From an uncultured delta proteobacterium (GTDB taxonomy: Bacteria; Myxococcota_A; Polyangia; Fen-1088), in the NCBI GenBank assembly GCA_963767925.1, contig CAVYGB010000013.1, positions 1-64,000 on the forward strand: a stretch of DNA of 64,000 bases, given 5' to 3'. This document shows positions 20,434 through 29,759 of this stretch, piece after piece. The notes below the pieces were generated by a model. That model was not told where the DNA came from. It did not search any database and saw only the letters and a list, made by a program, of their open reading frames with translations. Made by a program: the position numbers and the translations under genes. How positions within the stretch are numbered: the first letter of the stretch is position 1; every line of letters begins with the position of its first letter.

Positions 20434-21393
20434 ATGTCCGGTCAGCCCGTGCCGCTGGTGATCTTGACGGGGTTCCTGGGAGCCGGGAAGACCACCGCGC
20501 TCAACCGCGTCCTCGGCGCGCAGCATCGCCGGCGCCTGGCGGTGATCGTCAACGAGCTGGGGCGCATCGACATCGACGGCAAGCTGCTGCGGGCCCGGGC
20601 CGGTGCGGTTGTCGAGCTGGCGGGTGGCTGCGTCTGCCACGAGGTGCGCACCCTGGCGGAGCTCTGGCAGGCGCTCGGCGAGGTGATCCCCCGGGCCCGG
20701 CCTGACTGCATCGTGCTCGAGACCACCGGCATCGCCGAGCCGGAGCCGCTGCTCGAGGGGCTGGCCGAGCACCCCGACCACGGCCGCACGGTGGTGGCCA
20801 GCCGCGTGGTGACGGTCGTCGACGCAGAGGCCGGCCTGCAGGCGCTCGAGCAATACCCCGAGGCACGCGCCCAGGTGATCACGGCCGACCGCCTGCTGCT
20901 CTCGAAGATAGACCTGGCCGACGGGGCGCGTGTCCGGGCCCTGCACGAGGTGCTGGCCCGGTTGAACCCCGAGGCGGAGATCGCCAGCTTTCCCCCGGAC
21001 GGGGAGGGGACCGCCGCCCTGGTCCCCTGGCTGCTCGACGGGCTCGAGCCCCGGCTGTCCCGCGGCGAGAACGAGGTGCCCGCGCCGCATCGGCACGGCC
21101 AGCTCGACGTGGTCGCCTTCGCCGAGGACGCCCCCCTGGTGGCCGAGCCGCTGCTGGCCCTGTGCGGCCGGCTCGGGTCGTCGCTGGTGCGGGCCAAGGG
21201 GTTCGTGAACCTCGCCGATGAGCCCCGGCGCGCCTTCCTCGAGCGCGCCGGCGCCCACCTGTCGCTGCGGCTGGAGGAGCTCTGGCCACCGGGCCCGCGC
21301 CGCAGCGAGATCGTGCTCATCGGCCAGGGGCTCGATGCCGCCAGCCTGCAGCGGCAGCTCTGGGCCTGCCGGGCGCCGGGGGGGCTCGCGTGA
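20434..21393 (+). CDS. CobW/COG0523 metallochaperone GTPase
   Basis: GFLGAGKTT, VNELG, GGCVCH, LETTGIA, SKID, RAKG. Confidence 0.92.
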   Translation: MSGQPVPLVILTGFLGAGKTTALNRVLGAQHRRRLAVIVNELGRIDIDGKLLRARAGAVVELAGGCVCHEVRTLAELWQALGEVIPRARPDCIVLETTGIAEPEPLLEGLAEHPDHGRTVVASRVVTVVDAEAGLQALEQYPEARAQVITADRLLLSKIDLADGARVRALHEVLARLNPEAEIASFPPDGEGTAALVPWLLDGLEPRLSRGENEVPAPHRHGQLDVVAFAEDAPLVAEPLLALCGRLGSSLVRAKGFVNLADEPRRAFLERAGAHLSLRLEELWPPGPRRSEIVLIGQGLDAASLQRQLWACRAPGGLA

Positions 21394-22292
21394 CCGAGAC
21401 AGCGCCCGACCTGGTGCCGCTGCGCGCGACCCCCAACACCGAGCTGTTCGAGAGCTGGACCCTGGTGCTCGTCGCGCTCGCCATCCCGCACGAGGTACTG
21501 GATCGGAGCGGCAGCTATCTGCTCCTGGTGGCGCCCGCCGATCAGAAGCGGGCCGAGGCCGCGCTGGCGGCGAACGATCGCGAGCGGCAGGCCGAGGCCC
21601 GGCAGCGGGTCCCCGCCGCCCCCGACCAGGGCTGGTCGGCGGCCGGCCTCGGCACCGCGGTGACCCTGGCCGCGTTCTATTACGTGACTGGCGGCCGCGA
21701 CAGCGGCCCCCGGAGCGGCTGGTTCGACCAGGGGGCGGCCGACGCCAGCCGCATCGTCGCCGGCGAGCTCGAGCGGGTTGTCACCGCGCTGACCCTGCAC
21801 GCCGATCCCATGCACCTGCTCGGAAATGCCCTGGCCGGCATCCTCCTGGTGGGCGCCCTGGGGCGCTGGCTGGGCGGTGGGCTGGCCTGCGGCCTGACCC
21901 TGCTGTCGGGCGCGCTCGGCAACCTGATCGTCGCCTTCGCCTACCGGGACAACCACATCTCGGTCGGCGCCTCGACGGCCATCTTCGGGGCGCTGGGGCT
22001 CCTCGGCGGCTTGCAGGTGGTGCGCGGGCTGGCCGGGCGGTCCGGCCTGGGCGGGCGGCGCTGGGTGCTCTCGGTGGTGGGCGCCTGCCTGGGCGTGTTC
22101 GCCATGCTGGGGGTGGGGGCCAAGGACGGGCGCACCGACGTGATGGCCCACCTGGCCGGGCTGGGCGCGGGGCTCGTCGTCGGGCTGCTGGCCGGGCGGC
22201 TGTTGCGCTTGCCGGTCCCCCGCCCGATCGGCTTGCTGGTCGGCGTGGGAACCCTGGGGGCGATCGCGGGAGCCTGGGCCCTGGCAATATGA
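21390..22292 (+). CDS. Rhomboid family intramembrane serine protease
   Basis: LHADPMHLLGN, SVGASTA (catalytic Ser), AHLAG (catalytic His). Confidence 0.9.
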   Translation: MTETAPDLVPLRATPNTELFESWTLVLVALAIPHEVLDRSGSYLLLVAPADQKRAEAALAANDRERQAEARQRVPAAPDQGWSAAGLGTAVTLAAFYYVTGGRDSGPRSGWFDQGAADASRIVAGELERVVTALTLHADPMHLLGNALAGILLVGALGRWLGGGLACGLTLLSGALGNLIVAFAYRDNHISVGASTAIFGALGLLGGLQVVRGLAGRSGLGGRRWVLSVVGACLGVFAMLGVGAKDGRTDVMAHLAGLGAGLVVGLLAGRLLRLPVPRPIGLLVGVGTLGAIAGAWALAI

Positions 22293-22296
22293 ACCC

Positions 22297-23514
22297 ATGT
22301 GGGCCCGTCCTGCCGCCTCGCCGCTCCTCTCCCTCGGTCTCCTCGCGCTGACCTTCGGCCTCGCCGGCGCGTGCCGCTCGGGCCCGCCCGCGCCGGCCGC
22401 TGATCCGGGCGTGGCTCCCGCCGTGGCGCCGGCTGCTGCCGCCACCGACGCCGGCGCGGTGGCCGCGACCGACGCCCGCCCCCGGCCGACCATAAAGCTT
22501 GTCGATTTCACCCCCACCTCGATGTTGCACGCCGCGGCCCACGAGGTGCAGCGGGCGCGCTTTCCGGTCGTGGACTTCCACCAGCACGTCAACGATCGGC
22601 TGGGCCCCGAGGGCCTGGCCTATCCCGCCGACAAGCTGATCCCGCTCATGGACGCGATCAACGTGCGCACCCTGGTGATCTTGACCGGGCCGCGGGGGGC
22701 CGAGATCGACGCCCTCCGGAAGGCGCTCGTCGAGCCCCACCCCGGCCGCTTCGTCCTGTTCACCCAGGTGGACTGGTCCCGCGCCGACGAGCCCGGCTTC
22801 GCCCGCAAGGCGGCGGCCGAGCTGCGCGACAGCGTGGCTCGAGGGGCCCGCGGGCTCAAGGTGCTCAAGGAGCTGGGCCTGTACGTCCGCGATCGCAGGG
22901 GGCGCCTGGTGACCATCGACGATCCGCGCTGGGATCCGATCTGGGCCGAGTGCGGGCGCCTCTCCATCCCGGTGGCGATCCACAGCGGCGACCCCGAGGC
23001 GTTTTTTCACCCCACCGACGGCAAGAACGAGCGCTACGAGGAGCTGTGGGACAACCCCACCTGGAGCTTCCACGGCCGCGACTTCCCGGCGCTGCCGGCC
23101 CTGCTGGCCGCCCAGGCCCGCGTTTTCGCCCGCCACCCGCGCACCACCTTCGTCTCGCTGCACTTCGGGGGCTGGCCCGAGAACCTCGATCACGTCTCGC
23201 AGCTCCTCGCCAGACATCCCAACGTCTACGTCGAGACCGGCGCCCGCCAGGCCGAGCTGGGGCGCCAGCCCCGGCGGGCGCGGCGCTTTTTCCTCGAGCA
23301 CCAGGACCGCATCCTGTTCGGCACCGACATGTGGCCGATGCCGGATCTCTACGCCAACTACTTCCGCTGGCTCGAGACGGCCGACGAATATTTCCCCTAC
23401 TACGACTACCCGGCCCAGGGCCGCTGGAACATCTACGGCATCGAGCTACCCGACGAGGTCTTGCAGAAGGTCTACTCCCGCAACGCCGACACGATCCTGC
23501 CCGCCCGGCGCTAG
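22297..23514 (+). CDS. Amidohydrolase_2 family protein, probable lipoprotein
   Basis: LAGAC lipobox; DFHQH, GARGLK, IHSGDP, LHFG, LFGTD metal-site motifs. Confidence 0.85.
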   Translation: MWARPAASPLLSLGLLALTFGLAGACRSGPPAPAADPGVAPAVAPAAAATDAGAVAATDARPRPTIKLVDFTPTSMLHAAAHEVQRARFPVVDFHQHVNDRLGPEGLAYPADKLIPLMDAINVRTLVILTGPRGAEIDALRKALVEPHPGRFVLFTQVDWSRADEPGFARKAAAELRDSVARGARGLKVLKELGLYVRDRRGRLVTIDDPRWDPIWAECGRLSIPVAIHSGDPEAFFHPTDGKNERYEELWDNPTWSFHGRDFPALPALLAAQARVFARHPRTTFVSLHFGGWPENLDHVSQLLARHPNVYVETGARQAELGRQPRRARRFFLEHQDRILFGTDMWPMPDLYANYFRWLETADEYFPYYDYPAQGRWNIYGIELPDEVLQKVYSRNADTILPARR

Positions 23515-23523
23515 CGGGCGCGC

Positions 23524-24678
23524 TCAGGCGCGGCCGTCGAGGGGCTCTAGCGAGAACTCGACCCGGTCCTTGCCGTCGCCGGCCAGGGGGACCGGCGTCG
23601 CGACCGTCACCCGGGTGGCGTCGATGCTGAGGTCGTTGAGCAGGAAGCGTCCCAGCGAGATGCCGCGGGCGGCGGCGACGATCCAGGGGCGGGGACGGTT
23701 GCCCTCGTGGCTGACGATGCTCACGACGATGCGCCGATCGCTCACGCTCTTGAGGGCCTTGCCGAAGCGGTAGAGCACGCGGAAGCCGGCCGGCCCGACC
23801 TCGTTGCCCCGGGCGTTGAACAGGGAGGCGTCCTCCAGGCTGACCACCACCCGGTCGCCCCGGGTCTCGACCCGGATGGCGGCGTCGCCGGCGAGCTGGC
23901 GCTTGAGGTCGTCGGCCAGGGTGCGCGCGGAGGCGCTGGGCCCTTCGCCGCCCACCGCCCCGGCGGGAGCCCCCACCGGCAGCGGGCGCGAGCCCTGGCG
24001 GGTCGGCTGGCGGGAGGCCTCACCGCCGGCGCCGCTGGCGGTGCCGCCGACCTGGGCCCGGAGGGCCTCGTGCGACTGGCGGAGCAGCCGGTAGCTGGTG
24101 GCGTTCTGCTCCATCGTGCGCAGCCCGAAGTGGATCACGGCGGCCGCGATCACGACAACGGTCGCCAGGTAGATGCGGGCGCGGGTGCGGCCCCGCTTGA
24201 GGGCCTTGAGATCCGATCGCAGCACCGTCTCGGTCTCGAGCCCGGTCACGCCAGGGCCGGACTGGCGCTCGTAGGTGCTCCAGGGCGAGACGGGCAGCGA
24301 AGCCTGCCAGTTGGCGTTCGGGCCCTGGCCCTGGGCCGGCGCCACCGGCAGGTTCTGCTTTGTCGCGCGGACCGGCTTGGCGGCCTGCTTCGGCACCTTG
24401 CCACTGCCCGCCGGCGGCGGCGGGTTCACCGCGTAGGGCGGCTGCCCGTACGCGGCGGTCTGGGTGGCGGCGTATTTCGCGGCCGGTGCCGGCGCGGCCG
24501 GCTGCTCGGTCGAGCGCGCGTAGGCGGCGGCGGGGGACTCCGCCGGCAGGGGGCGGGTGGCGAACAACGACGGCTGGGGGCCGGTGGGGTTGCTCGGCAT
24601 CCTCGCTCCGCCGCCGGTACTTGCGTTGAGCTGGCCCGACGCCGAACGGCTGGGCGAGGGGTACTCACGAGTAGCCAC
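23524..24678 (-). CDS. Membrane protein with Pro-rich N-terminus, one TM and a degenerate OmpA/MotB-like C-terminal domain
   Basis: TM IYLATVVVIAAAVIHFGL; VETRGDRVVVSLEDASLF..G.EV and RVEF resemble MotB; canonical GHTD motif absent. Confidence 0.6.
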   Translation of the reverse strand: MATREYPSPSRSASGQLNASTGGGARMPSNPTGPQPSLFATRPLPAESPAAAYARSTEQPAAPAPAAKYAATQTAAYGQPPYAVNPPPPAGSGKVPKQAAKPVRATKQNLPVAPAQGQGPNANWQASLPVSPWSTYERQSGPGVTGLETETVLRSDLKALKRGRTRARIYLATVVVIAAAVIHFGLRTMEQNATSYRLLRQSHEALRAQVGGTASGAGGEASRQPTRQGSRPLPVGAPAGAVGGEGPSASARTLADDLKRQLAGDAAIRVETRGDRVVVSLEDASLFNARGNEVGPAGFRVLYRFGKALKSVSDRRIVVSIVSHEGNRPRPWIVAAARGISLGRFLLNDLSIDATRVTVATPVPLAGDGKDRVEFSLEPLDGRA

Positions 24679-24972
24679 GGTCCGGGGACACTACCACAGC
24701 GGTCGACCCCCGGCCCTGGCGGGAACGGTTCCATGTTGCTGCCCAACCCGCGCCGTTTCGGCCATCGTTCACGAAAATGCAGGCGAAATTCGTAAAAGCT
24801 GGCCCCGCTTGCCCCAGTCATCAAGCGATCCCGGAGGGGCCCGATGGCACGAGGCGTGACGACGATCAACCGGGGGGAACGACGACCATCATCCACCCTG
24901 CCGCCGCCCGCTCGCGATGGCGAATCGGGACCCTTCCAGTCGACCCCCTGGTTGCGATAAAATGGGGACGCG

Positions 24973-25413
24973 ATGCGTGGTGTGCGGGTGCTGGTGGCGG
25001 GGGCCGGGGTGGCCATCGCGGCGTCGGGGTCCGCCTGCGAGACCGTCGAGCTCGGGTCGCCCCCGGCGGACATCAACGCCTGCCGTCCCGATCCGCGGTT
25101 CTTCTACGATCGGGTCTGGCCCGAGTACCTGGGCCGCGAGGTGTCGGGCAAGCGCTGCAACGACTCCGGCTGCCACGACAGCGGCTCGCCCCGCCAGCTC
25201 CGCATCCCCGCGCCGACCTCGGCGCCGGCGCTGCCCCTGCCGTCGGACTGGGCCGCCGCCTACAAATCGGTGACCGAGCAGATGTTCTGCACCAACGCCG
25301 CCAGCAGCCCGCTGGTGGCGCGCCCCTCGCGCACCGATCACGGCGGCGGCAAGCTGATCGAGCCGGGTGGCCCCGAGTTCGAGCTGATCCGGATGTGGGT
25401 GGAAGCCCGGTGA
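24973..25413 (+). CDS. Lipoprotein with cytochrome-c-like domain (CX4CH and HGGG)
   Basis: Lipobox-like SGSAC; FFYDRVWP..CNDSGCH...SPLVARP...HGGG...IRMWV resembles the planctomycete-type cytochrome c pattern. Confidence 0.65.
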   Translation: MRGVRVLVAGAGVAIAASGSACETVELGSPPADINACRPDPRFFYDRVWPEYLGREVSGKRCNDSGCHDSGSPRQLRIPAPTSAPALPLPSDWAAAYKSVTEQMFCTNAASSPLVARPSRTDHGGGKLIEPGGPEFELIRMWVEAR

Positions 25414-26174
25414 CCCGCGCCGGTTGTCTGGCCGCGCTCGTCGTCCTCACGGCGGGTCCGGCGGTCGCCGCGGCCGAGGGGCTGGCCCTGCGGGTGCTGT
25501 CCGAGGCGGCCGAGGTCCGCACCGGCCCGAGCTTCACCTATCGGGCGGTGTACCTGGCGGCCCGGGGTGAGACCCTCGATGCGGTCGAGCGGGCGCCGAG
25601 CGGATTCTGGTTCAAGGTGGTGCTGCCCGACGGGACCTTCGGCTGGATCCTCGGCGACGAGGTGCTGCCGGTGGCGGTCGATCCGACGGCGCCCGCGCCG
25701 CCCGGGCTTGTCGCTCGCCTGGTCGACGCGGTCTTCTCGCCCGCGCCGCTGGCCCGGGCCGACGTGGGGCTGTCGTTTTCGGTGGGGCTGCTCGGCAACG
25801 AGGGCCTCGTGCTGTTCCGCCCCTCGTTGCTGCTGGCGCCCCACCTGGGGCTCGAGGGGTTCGTGGGCGAGACGGTGGGCCAGCACGTCGACGTCATCTA
25901 CTACGGGGCGGTCGCCAACCTGTACCTGTGGCCGGCCTCGCCGGTGACGCCGTTCTTCGCCCTCGGAGGGGGCGGGGCCCGCGGCCGGCAGAAGGCGGAT
26001 CAGGTGGTGATCGACAGCGGGCACTACCTGTGCGCGAACGTCGGCGGCGGGCTGCTGCTGGCGTTCAAGAAGCGGATCACCTTGCGCCTCGACTTCCGCA
26101 ATTACAGCGTCTTCGACGCCGACTACACCCGCAACCTGCAGGAGTATTCGGCGGGCCTGGCCATTTTCTTCTGA
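25410..26174 (+). CDS. SH3-like domain plus outer-membrane beta-barrel protein
   Basis: GTG overlapping the upstream TGA; signal peptide; VRTGPSFTYR...WFKV.LPDGTFGWI (SH3b); amphipathic strands ending in AIFF. Confidence 0.8.
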   Translation: MTRAGCLAALVVLTAGPAVAAAEGLALRVLSEAAEVRTGPSFTYRAVYLAARGETLDAVERAPSGFWFKVVLPDGTFGWILGDEVLPVAVDPTAPAPPGLVARLVDAVFSPAPLARADVGLSFSVGLLGNEGLVLFRPSLLLAPHLGLEGFVGETVGQHVDVIYYGAVANLYLWPASPVTPFFALGGGGARGRQKADQVVIDSGHYLCANVGGGLLLAFKKRITLRLDFRNYSVFDADYTRNLQEYSAGLAIFF

Positions 26175-26197
26175 GGGAGAGGGGAGCGCTGCACGCC

Positions 26198-26434
26198 ATG
26201 AGCCCACGTCGTGTCGCCACCGCGCTGGTGGCGTTGCTGCTCGCCGCGGGGGCGGGCTGCGCCCGCTGGCGACCGCCGCTGGTCAAGGCCCACCAGCGGG
26301 TCCACCTGGCCGATCGGATCATGCGCGTCGACGACGACCCCCTGGGGCGGGCCGCCGATCAACACGTGCTCGCCACCCGGGAGGGCGCCTTCGGGGGCAA
26401 CGGCACGGCGGGCGGAGGCTGCGGATGCAACTGA
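26198..26434 (+). CDS. DUF4266 domain lipoprotein
   Basis: AGAGC lipobox; VKAHQR..LAD.IM and C-terminal REGAFGG.G.AGGGCGCN signature. Confidence 0.88.
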   Translation: MSPRRVATALVALLLAAGAGCARWRPPLVKAHQRVHLADRIMRVDDDPLGRAADQHVLATREGAFGGNGTAGGGCGCN

Positions 26435-27630
26435 GGCGGCTGGCCCTGGCCGCGGCGCTCGCCGCGCTGGCCCCCGTGCGTCCGGCGCGGGCCGACGTGC
26501 AGGCCGCCTCGCACCTCACCGTGTTTCACGAGCCCTCCTCGCAGAACCGGGGCATCCGGGTCATCCACCCCCAGACCGAGGTCGCCGCCACCCACGGCGC
26601 CCTGGGGGTGCAGGCCGGCTACGAGCTCGACATCGTCAGCGGCGCCACGACCCGGGTGTACCGGCCCGGCGACGCGCCCGACGCCGTCTCGGGCGCCACC
26701 TTCTCCGACGTGCGCCACGCGGCCCGGGGCGGGGTCTCCTTCGAGACCGCCAAGGTGGCCCTCACCGCCGGCTACTCGTACGGCTGGGAGAACGACTACC
26801 GCTCGCACACCCTCTCGGTCGCCGCGCGCGGCGACTTCCTCGAGCGCAACTTCACCCTCGGCCTGGCCTACACCCGCAACTTCGACCAGGTCTGCGATCA
26901 GGCCAACGACCTGGCCCAGAGCCTGCTGGACCTGCGCCCGCTCGGCACCTCCGAGGGCTGTTTCCAGGCCTCGCCCGAGCTGGCCACCCGCGCGCTGTCG
27001 ATCGACACCTTCGAGCCTTCGCTCTCCTGGACCGCCACCCCGCTGCTCCTGCTGACCCTGGGGTCGACCTTGCAGATCCTCGACGGCTTCCAGTCCAACC
27101 CCTACCGGGCGGTCCGTCTGGGGCCCGAGGGGCGCGAGCCGCAGGAGCGGCTGCCGCAGCACCGGCAGCGGTTCGCCCTGTTCGCCCGGGCCCACCAGGC
27201 GGTGCCACCCTTGCGGGCGGCGGCCCGGGTGGCGGCGCGCCTCTATCGCGACACCTGGAACGTGGCGGCGGCCTCCGCCGACGCCGAGTGGCTGCAGTAC
27301 TTCGGCAGCGCCCTGCTGGCGGGGGTGCGCGGGCGTTACCACAAGCAATCGGGGGCCCTCTTCTTCCGCACCGGCCAGGACTACCGGACCCGGGGCCCGG
27401 CGGGCGAATACTGGACCGGCGATCGGGAGCTGGCCCCCCTGAGCAACTACCTCGTGGGGGCCAAGGTCGCCTACATCAAGCAGCCCCCGCCCGAGCGCCG
27501 GAGCTGGCTGGGCGAGCTCGAGATCCACGCCCGGGTCGATTTCCTGTTCTACCGGTCCGAGCCGGGGGCCCCTGGTAGCGACCGGACCCGCGCGCAGGTT
27601 GTTGCAGCGGGCGCCTCCTTGCGGTTCTGA
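26425..27630 (+). CDS. DUF3570 domain outer-membrane beta-barrel
   Basis: Signal peptide; DIVSGAT, DAVSGAT, ENDYRS, FQSNPYR, ERLP..R.R, YRDTW, TGDRELAP; terminal Phe; follows DUF4266. Confidence 0.85.
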   Translation: MQLRRLALAAALAALAPVRPARADVQAASHLTVFHEPSSQNRGIRVIHPQTEVAATHGALGVQAGYELDIVSGATTRVYRPGDAPDAVSGATFSDVRHAARGGVSFETAKVALTAGYSYGWENDYRSHTLSVAARGDFLERNFTLGLAYTRNFDQVCDQANDLAQSLLDLRPLGTSEGCFQASPELATRALSIDTFEPSLSWTATPLLLLTLGSTLQILDGFQSNPYRAVRLGPEGREPQERLPQHRQRFALFARAHQAVPPLRAAARVAARLYRDTWNVAAASADAEWLQYFGSALLAGVRGRYHKQSGALFFRTGQDYRTRGPAGEYWTGDRELAPLSNYLVGAKVAYIKQPPPERRSWLGELEIHARVDFLFYRSEPGAPGSDRTRAQVVAAGASLRF

Positions 27631-27637
27631 TGGTGCC

Positions 27638-27727
27638 ATGGACGGCCGCGCCCTCCTCCGGATCGTGATCGCCGTGTCGGTGCTCGGCCTGGCCACCTCG
27701 GCGGTCTTCATGATCATCTTCCGCTGA
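27638..27727 (+). CDS. Small single-TM protein (29 aa), not in the ORF track
   Basis: ATG 27638 to TGA 27727 gives MDGRALLRIVIAVSVLGLATSAVFMIIFR; every sense codon ends in G/C; 7 nt after the DUF3570 stop. Confidence 0.6.
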   Translation: MDGRALLRIVIAVSVLGLATSAVFMIIFR

Positions 27728-27768
27728 CCCCGGAGCGGGGGCGTTCGCCCGAGCCGCCCCGGCCGCGG

Positions 27769-29648
27769 TCAGCGCGACGGCTGAGCGGTGAGGGTCACGC
27801 GCACGACCCGGCGGTTGCCCCGGCGGAGGGCGTCGAGGGCCAGCGGGCGGTCGCGCGGCGACAACATGGTCCAGCTCCGGATCTGGGCCGGGCGCTCGAA
27901 GGGGCGTCCGACTTCCCCGAGCACGATGTCGCCGGGGGCCAGGCCAGCCCGCTGGGCCGGTGAGCCGGGCTGGACCGCGGTGACCAGGGCCGCCCCACCC
28001 TCGAGGCCGAGGCGGGCCCGGGTGGCGGCGGCCACCGGCTGGAAGGCGATGCCCAGCCAGGACGGCTGCAGCGCGTGGATGAGCGCGACGTCGGCCGCCA
28101 TCGGGGGGTAGGCCTCGGGCGGGTCGGGCGGGACGTCGGGCGGAGCGAGGCCGGGCAGGGCCGAGATCCTCGCAGGACTTCACCGCGGCGAAGGCCGACC
28201 GCTCGTCGGGCCGCCCGCGGCTGGCCAGGTAGGCCCGCCCGGCGGCGGAGATCAGCAGGGTGCGCATGCGCAGCAGCACCGCCTCCCGCACGTCCATGCG
28301 GTAGGTGGCAGCGGTGGCCGCCTCGGTGTTCTTCATCAGGGTGTCGAGCCGGTGGCGGTCGCTGGGGCTCCCGTCGGCCACCTCCGAGAGGGCGGCGATC
28401 AGCTCGCGGGTCAGCGCCCGGCGGGCCTCGCCGCGCAACCGCCGCAGGGCCGCCGGCTTGACCCGGGTGGCCAGCCGGGGGCTGGCCGCCAGCAGGCGCT
28501 GGTAGTTCGAGCGGGTCATCTCGGCGAGGGCGGTCTCCCACATCTCGCGGTGGGTATCGAGGCGGCGCCGGCTCGCCGCCAGCTCCTCGCGGGCGTCGTC
28601 GAGGTCGGCCAGGGTGCGGGGTCGGGGCAGGCCGAAGGCGGCGGCCACCCGATCGACGAGGGCCAGCTCCTCGATGGCGGGCAGGCGGCGGGAGGCGGCC
28701 AGCAGGCGCTCGGCCAGGTCGTGCTCCTCGAGGTCGTCGGCGTGGGCCGCCCGGCGCAGCAGCTCGGACAGGAAAGCGTCGGAGGTGCGCAGGGGGACGT
28801 CGGGCGTGCGGTCGAGGACCAGCGCCTCGGCGTGGGCGGCGGGGAGGCTGCCGGTGGCCTTGAGGGCGTCGAACATGGCGAAGGAGTGGCCGCTGCGGTC
28901 GGAGCGGGAGGCCTCGGGGTAACAGCCGAAGGCGGGCCGGTCCTCGGTGGAGGCGAAGTAGCCGCAGGCCGCACCCGAGGGGAGGCGCCGGCGCGCCCGC
29001 ACGTCGAGCAGGTGGGCGAAGCCGCCCGAGAAGCACTGGGACATCAGGGTCACCACCCGCACACCTCGGGGGAGGCGCAGCAGCTCGGCGGCGAGCTGGC
29101 GCACGTCGAGCGACTGGCCGGGGCCCCAGAGGGTGATGTGGTTGCGCCGGGGGTCGCGCGGGTCGTCCTTGCCGTGGTCGGTGACGTAGAGCAGGAGGGT
29201 GTCGCCCGGCCGCAGGCGCCCGCGCGCCTTCCCGAACCACTGCCGGACCGAGCCGCGGGTGGCAGGCGCCAGGGCCCGCCCGGGCAGCGCGGTGTTCTCG
29301 TAGCGGAGGGGCTCTTCCAGCCAGCGCTGCAGGCCGGTGCCATCGAGCAGCCAGAAGCCGTCGGGATCCTGCCCCCGCCGGGCCACGTCGGGGCGGGGGT
29401 CGCTGCCGTCGCTGGCCAGGACGGCGATCCGCTCCTGGGGCACGCCCGCCTGGTCGAGCAGCTCGGTCAGCTCCTCGAGGTGCAGGACGTGGGAGCGGAA
29501 GTTGTCGGCGGGGGCGCCCCCGCCGTTGATCAGCAGGACGTGCAGCCTCCGGTCGGCCGGTGCGCCCGGGTTGGCGCCGCCCGCCGCCGGCAGCGAGCAG
29601 CAGCAGCAGCAGCAGGGCCAGGAGGGCGGGGGGCGACAGGCGCCGCAT
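27769..29648 (-). pseudogene. Secreted C13/clan-CD cysteine peptidase with C-terminal PDZ domain, split by two single-base frameshifts (~29580, ~28162), possibly sequencing errors
   Basis: Signal peptide in frame 27795..29648; catalytic YVTDHG and MSQCFSGGF in frame 27476..30298; PDZ WLGIAF..VTAVQPGSPAQRAGLAPGDIV in frame 27769..28101. Confidence 0.75.
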
Positions 29649-29759
29649 CGAGGGAAACTTACCGCGAAGGGGGCCGGGTGCGCGTGGGTGGTCGCCGGTC
29701 GGCCACCGAAAGCCTTCAAGTTCGCTCCCGGTCGGGACGATGCTGGAAATTGGCGTTGC

